From contig JAFCCW010000013.1 of the NCBI GenBank assembly GCA_017609985.1, forward strand, positions 25,520 to 89,519: a stretch of 64,000 nt of DNA. The letters run 5' to 3'. Position numbers and translations under genes: made by a program. This document shows positions 60,412 to 64,000 of the stretch, piece by piece. Origin of the DNA: Candidatus Iainarchaeum sp. GTDB taxonomy: Archaea > Iainarchaeota > Iainarchaeia > Iainarchaeales > JAFCCW01. Every line of letters starts with the position of its first letter. Within the stretch, counting starts at the first letter, position 1. A model generated the notes under the pieces. The model was not told the origin of the DNA, did not search any database, and saw nothing but the letters and a program-made list of their open reading frames with translations.

Positions 60412-61488
60412 CTAACCAGAATACAAAGCAAGAATTTCAGCTTCAGATAAAGCTCTGTCCCAGACCTTGAGCTCGTCAATCTTGCCGTCCCAGTAATCAC
60501 TGGTGTTGGCAATTGATCCAATATACATATAGTTAGCGTGAGAAGAGACATAAACCTGTGCTGTTCCTGTTTGTTCTACTCCATTAACATACAGGTAACG
60601 ACTACCATCAGCTACTACTCCGACAACATGATACCACTGGCCATATCCGCCTAATTCAGTGATTGGGTCTGAAGATTTTGATCTCCAGCTTCCATCATAG
60701 TAACCAAACTTTATCTTATCGTCTTCCTCAATGTTCATTCCAACCCTGTCTGCAGTCCCGTGTGAATTCTGGAAGATAACCATCTGCCCGGGGCTTGGAG
60801 AGTCATCCGGGTAAACCCAGACAGACACAGTGAAATTTCTGTCAACAGCAATTTCTGGCAGGTTTGTTGCCCTAGCCCAGTCGTCTTCTCCGTCAAACTC
60901 TAGTGCGTTTCCGCTTTTTCCTGTTGTCCAATTTGCGTCAAATATTGTTCCACTGTTTCCACCACAGCCCTCACTTATTGTTGTTCCTGTTCCTTCGTTG
61001 AAGTTGTAGCAGGCTGTTGCTGAGGTTGAGAGGATTGTTCCGGTTGTGGTGTTTGCTGTTCCGTTTCCTGTGATTTTTGCTTTTACTGGTAGGCCGCCGG
61101 TTGTTGTGTAGCTTATTTCGATGTAGGCGTCTGTTAGGGTTGGTGTGTTTGAGTCTAGGTTGGTTATTGTGAAGGTTTGTCCGTTTTCTGCTGTGGTTGG
61201 TGTTGCTGTTGCGTCTCCTGCTTGGTCCATTATTCCGTTTCCGTAGTCTGTGACTGTGATGTTGGTTATTGTTCCGCCTGTCATGTTTTGTAGTGTGAGG
61301 CCGATTGTGTTTGTTCCTGTTGTGTAGGTTGATTCTTTGACTAGGAGTCCTGAGTTGTTGCTTATGAAGGTTGCTCCTCCTGTGAAGTCGCCCATTACGT
61401 AGATTGCTACTCCGACTACGATGGCAATCATCATTAAGACCCACCCATAAGTCATCAAATATTCCAACGCAGCCTGACCTTTGCCCAT
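60412..61488 (-). CDS. class III (type IV pilin-like) signal peptide protein with Thr/Asn-rich region and C-terminal LamG / concanavalin-A-like lectin domain
   Basis: MGKGQAALEYLMTYGWVLMMIAIVVGVAIYV is the prepilin-type N-terminus. LamG-like wording: GNALEFDGEDDWARA...FTVSVWVYP...WYHVVGVVADGSRYLYVNG...GKIDELKVWDRALS. There are 8 N-x-S/T sequons, counted by hand. Confidence 0.7.
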   Translation of the reverse strand: MGKGQAALEYLMTYGWVLMMIAIVVGVAIYVMGDFTGGATFISNNSGLLVKESTYTTGTNTIGLTLQNMTGGTITNITVTDYGNGIMDQAGDATATPTTAENGQTFTITNLDSNTPTLTDAYIEISYTTTGGLPVKAKITGNGTANTTTGTILSTSATACYNFNEGTGTTISEGCGGNSGTIFDANWTTGKSGNALEFDGEDDWARATNLPEIAVDRNFTVSVWVYPDDSPSPGQMVIFQNSHGTADRVGMNIEEDDKIKFGYYDGSWRSKSSDPITELGGYGQWYHVVGVVADGSRYLYVNGVEQTGTAQVYVSSHANYMYIGSIANTSDYWDGKIDELKVWDRALSEAEILALYSG

Positions 61489-61527
61489 CTATTATCTAAA
61501 TCCTTTTCCAAATAAAAGGTTTTTGGT

Positions 61528-62286
61528 TTACCCTGAAAGAAGCATAATCCCGGCAAAAATCAAGGGCTGATGTAAAAAGTAAATAATCAGAGAATGCCTT
61601 CCAAGAAAAGAAAGCAGATTGAATGGAATTATCGTGCCATAGTCTGGAAAACCAAAGCTTCTTTCCCCGTCCTTGTAAATTCTTTCCCCGCACCATAACC
61701 CAAACAATACAAGTCCAGCCCAGGGAAGCAAGGGAGTGTAATCAAAGGAAGAAAATCCAGTTGGAACAAGCCCTAGCCACAAGAGCCAGGGAAAAGAAAA
61801 CCTTAAATTATGTATAAGAAAACCTGTTCCTAGTGCTCCCAAACCAAGAACTCCACTCCAGCTCTTTTTGTAGAAAGCAGGAGAAACCATTATTGTTAAT
61901 CCAATGAGGTGAAGTATTCCAAAGAAAATTGTATTCGCTGGAAAAATCAGTTCTGTAAATAAGGTGATAATCAAACCCAGTGAGAAAATTCTTGCTCCTC
62001 TTTTCAAATACTTTCTCCAGAATATGTTTTCTGAATTTTTTTCTGAATTTTTTTTCAGGCTTTTTTCTGTTCTCTGCATTGAAATTGCAAGAGAAATTCC
62101 AACTAAAAAAACAAATATTCCTGCAGTCAGTCTTGCAAAATAAAGCCAGAATCCTGATGAAACTTCAAAATTCCAGCCAGCAAAATACTGCAGGTCAAAA
62201 ATTGTGTGAAATGAAACCATCATCAGGATGGCTATTCCTCTTAGGCCATCAATTTCCCAGAATCTTTTTGTGCCTGTGCCCGCCAT
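61528..62286 (-). CDS. DUF1624 / heparan-alpha-glucosaminide N-acetyltransferase-like membrane protein
   Basis: KRFWEIDGLRGIAILMMVSFH is followed by about 7 TM helices. Confidence 0.6.
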   Translation of the reverse strand: MAGTGTKRFWEIDGLRGIAILMMVSFHTIFDLQYFAGWNFEVSSGFWLYFARLTAGIFVFLVGISLAISMQRTEKSLKKNSEKNSENIFWRKYLKRGARIFSLGLIITLFTELIFPANTIFFGILHLIGLTIMVSPAFYKKSWSGVLGLGALGTGFLIHNLRFSFPWLLWLGLVPTGFSSFDYTPLLPWAGLVLFGLWCGERIYKDGERSFGFPDYGTIIPFNLLSFLGRHSLIIYFLHQPLIFAGIMLLSG

Positions 62287-62650
62287 ATCCTCTCAGCTTT
62301 TTAAGAGTCCCTGATGTTTTAATTGTTTTAATCTTTACTTTTTTGTCTTCAACTTCATTTATTTTTGGAAGAATCTTTCTCAAGTCCTCTGCTTTTTCAA
62401 GAGCACATCTGACAATTCCCTTTCCCTGCTTAAATTCAATAACTTTTATGAAAAACTTTTTTGCCTCACTTACTCCTGCTTCCTGAACAAGCCCAAGCCA
62501 TAGCAGGTTTTGAAGCTTGTCCTTTGACGAAATCTCTGCTCCACTCAATGAAAACTTGATGTATCTCTTCTTAGGGCGTTGGCTTGGCTTCAGCTTTCTG
62601 ATTTCCTTGCTTTTCTTTTCCTGCTTGCTTTGTTTTTTCATTTCAATCAA
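62249..62650 (-). CDS. RNase P protein component Pop5 (Rnp2)-like
   Basis: LKPSQRPKKRYIKFSL matches the Pop5 N-terminal (L)R.K.RY(I/L).FE wording, and IVRCALEKAEDLRKIL also fits. It has a K-rich N-terminal extension. Exosome-superoperon context. Confidence 0.6.
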   Translation of the reverse strand: MIEMKKQSKQEKKSKEIRKLKPSQRPKKRYIKFSLSGAEISSKDKLQNLLWLGLVQEAGVSEAKKFFIKVIEFKQGKGIVRCALEKAEDLRKILPKINEVEDKKVKIKTIKTSGTLKKLRGYGGHRHKKILGN

Positions 62651-63206
62651 GTTCCTGCTTTGCCAAGCTCATAATTTCTTTTTCTGTTTCCTTTCCCGTG
62701 ATTGAAAAAATTTCTTTCTCTATTTTTTTTGCGGGAACAAGACAGCTTTTGATTTTGATGGCTTTTTCTTTATCATTGCCTGCGTATCTTTCAACAAGCT
62801 TTTGAAATCTTTTCTCAAGCGAAACAATTTTGTCATGGTCCACTCTCTTGTCTGCATACCAGACAATCTTTTCTTCCCAGCTTGCAACCAAGTTCTCTTT
62901 CAGCACTGCAAACAGCATGTGCTTTTCTGCAATCTCTGCAACTTCTTCAAAACCCTCTTCCCTTAACACCCTGCTTGCTTCCAGTCCATGGTCTTCCCCT
63001 GTTTCAAGAGTCCTGATTTTTGCAATATCGTGAAGCAATGCGCCAGATTCAATCTGCTCAATATTAATTTCTTCTCCTTTTCCATTCAGCTTTTCTGCAA
63101 GAAAAACCGCGACATCTCGCACTCTCAGAGAATGCCTTATCACATTCTCTGGCACGCCGTGCTTTTCAAGGAGCTCAAGGCATTTTGTTTCCAGTTCCAT
63201 TCTCAT
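62643..63206 (-). CDS. HD-domain phosphohydrolase
   Basis: HSLRVRDVAVFLAE and GALLHDIAK give the H...HD motif. Confidence 0.75.
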   Translation of the reverse strand: MRMELETKCLELLEKHGVPENVIRHSLRVRDVAVFLAEKLNGKGEEINIEQIESGALLHDIAKIRTLETGEDHGLEASRVLREEGFEEVAEIAEKHMLFAVLKENLVASWEEKIVWYADKRVDHDKIVSLEKRFQKLVERYAGNDKEKAIKIKSCLVPAKKIEKEIFSITGKETEKEIMSLAKQELD

Positions 63207-63682
63207 TCAACCACGTCTGCTTCTTCAAATTCAATTGCTTTCAAAACTTCAACCAGCTCTGCTTCTATTTCAACATCATGCTTTCCTGAAGCAAAACTTA
63301 TCTTATCCAACTTAATTATTCTTTTATCTATATATAGGGGAATGTCCAGCACTACTGGATTTATTGCTCCAATTTTTAATCCAACAACCTCAAAAACCTC
63401 GTCTGGAGAAGCAAGCTTTGACTTGCTTTCCCTAATTCTGCTGACTTTTCCAAAGTCAATTCTGTCCCCGCCCCTGAGACAGACTGCAAAAAACTTTCCT
63501 GCCTTGTCTCTGAGCACCATTGTCTTGACAATGCTTTCCCTCTGTACTCTTCCTTGGCTGTATTTGACAACATCGTCCACTGTAAAAGCAGGCTTTTCCA
63601 ACTGAATTCTTTCAAACCTGATTCCTTTCTTTTTCAAAATCTTTGCAGCTGGTTCTTCCATTGCACTCTCTCCTGAATTCAT
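63203..63682 (-). CDS. YbaK/EbsC-type aminoacyl-tRNA editing (deacylase) domain protein
   Basis: IVKTMVLRDKAGKFFAVCLRGGDRIDFGKV and ASGKHDVEIE are typical of YbaK-family wording. Confidence 0.7.
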   Translation of the reverse strand: MNSGESAMEEPAAKILKKKGIRFERIQLEKPAFTVDDVVKYSQGRVQRESIVKTMVLRDKAGKFFAVCLRGGDRIDFGKVSRIRESKSKLASPDEVFEVVGLKIGAINPVVLDIPLYIDKRIIKLDKISFASGKHDVEIEAELVEVLKAIEFEEADVVE

Positions 63683-63747
63683 TCAAGCAGAAATCCTTTT
63701 TAAGGATGAAGCATTTATATATTCGGGTTTTTGGGAGCTGATGGGAA

Positions 63748-64000
63748 GTGCTTAGCAGAGCAAAAAAATTATTTTTACTTACTCTTACAGCAATTTTCAT
63801 TTTGTCCTCTGTTTCTTCCCTGACAATTGATTCCTCCAACTGTGTTTCAAGCGGTTCAGGAATATGTGTCTGGAGTGATTTCTATACTCTTGGAGAAACA
63901 ATCTCTGACGACGTAATCATTGACGGAGCTTTTGTAATCGCAGACATTAACATATCTCGTATTTTAACATATCTCGTATTTTAACATATCTCGTATTTTA
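63748..64000 (+). CDS. possible secreted protein, 5' part; reading frame disrupted or continued by a tandem repeat at the window edge
   Basis: TTG start with signal-like LSRAKKLFLLTLTAIFILSSVSS. The track ORF stops at 63984 inside the 17-bp repeat array. A TATA-like atttatatat box lies about 30 nt upstream. Confidence 0.3.
63947..64000. repeat. 17-bp tandem repeat (aacatatctcgtatttt), at least 3 units, truncated by window end
   Basis: Read directly. Identical units lie at 63949-63965, 63966-63982 and 63983-63999, and the array continues at 64000. Confidence 0.9.

Noticed and set aside
60971-61444. 157-aa Arg/Asn/His-rich ORF on the same strand as the pilin-like gene, in another frame.
   Set aside because: It is an alternate frame of the ACN/AAC-rich Thr/Asn region. 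The extreme basic low complexity has no start context, whereas the main frame has the class III signal and the LamG motifs.
63947-64000. Possibility that the 17-bp repeats are a CRISPR array. The same question was asked of the 11-12-bp units at 48132-48220.
   Set aside because: The units are directly contiguous with no spacers. They are far shorter than CRISPR repeats, and no cas genes are in the window.

Overview
Gene-dense, AT-rich archaeal chromosomal window, about 90% coding by eye. The informational genes are archaeal-type: TBP, Spt5, SecE, L21e, L37ae, L11/L1/P0/P1, Rpo4, Rpo12, exosome Rrp4/41/42, proteasome alpha, Pop5, Pcc1 and AglB. Short proteins, an unlinked 5S rRNA and AMP-phosphorylase plus R15P-isomerase genes suggest a small-genome, DPANN-like archaeon; that is inference only. 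Layout: (i) 0.5-12.2 kb and 16.5-19.8 kb hold a large N-glycosylation / surface-glycan cluster. It has RmlA/RmlB-like genes, SDR epimerases, GT2/GT4, a split Alg13/Alg14 pair, two radical SAM enzymes, a methyltransferase, AglH and AglB. (ii) 12.3-16.3 kb is a small accessory patch that interrupts the cluster. It holds a frameshifted JAB-like gene, a methyltransferase fragment, membrane and Cys-rich secreted proteins, and a Cas4-like nuclease. (iii) 21.9-25.3 kb holds 5S rRNA, TBP and the L21e-Rpo4-DUF655-KsgA cluster. (iv) 25.3-36.6 kb is a nucleotide-metabolism supercluster: AMP phosphorylase, pyrF/E/C/K/D/B and an R15P-isomerase-like gene. An orphan Doc toxin and an unknown 382-aa gene are embedded in it. 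(v) 36.8-41.8 kb is ftsZ-secE-spt5-L11-L1-P0-P1. (vi) 42.6-48 kb holds a membrane Lon-like protease and an SMC whose hinge appears to be replaced by a Rad50-type CxxC zinc hook; this is the top finding. (vii) 54.4-62.7 kb is the archaeal exosome/proteasome superoperon, interrupted by a LamG-domain pilin-like gene. Other notable signals are two copies of a roughly 65-70-nt structured RNA-like element, a conserved 28-nt promoter/operator motif, several short tandem repeat arrays, and unusually charged tails on many housekeeping proteins. No CRISPR array, transposase, integrase or tRNA was recognised by eye. All calls rest on motif recognition from the translations and the raw sequence; no database search was run.
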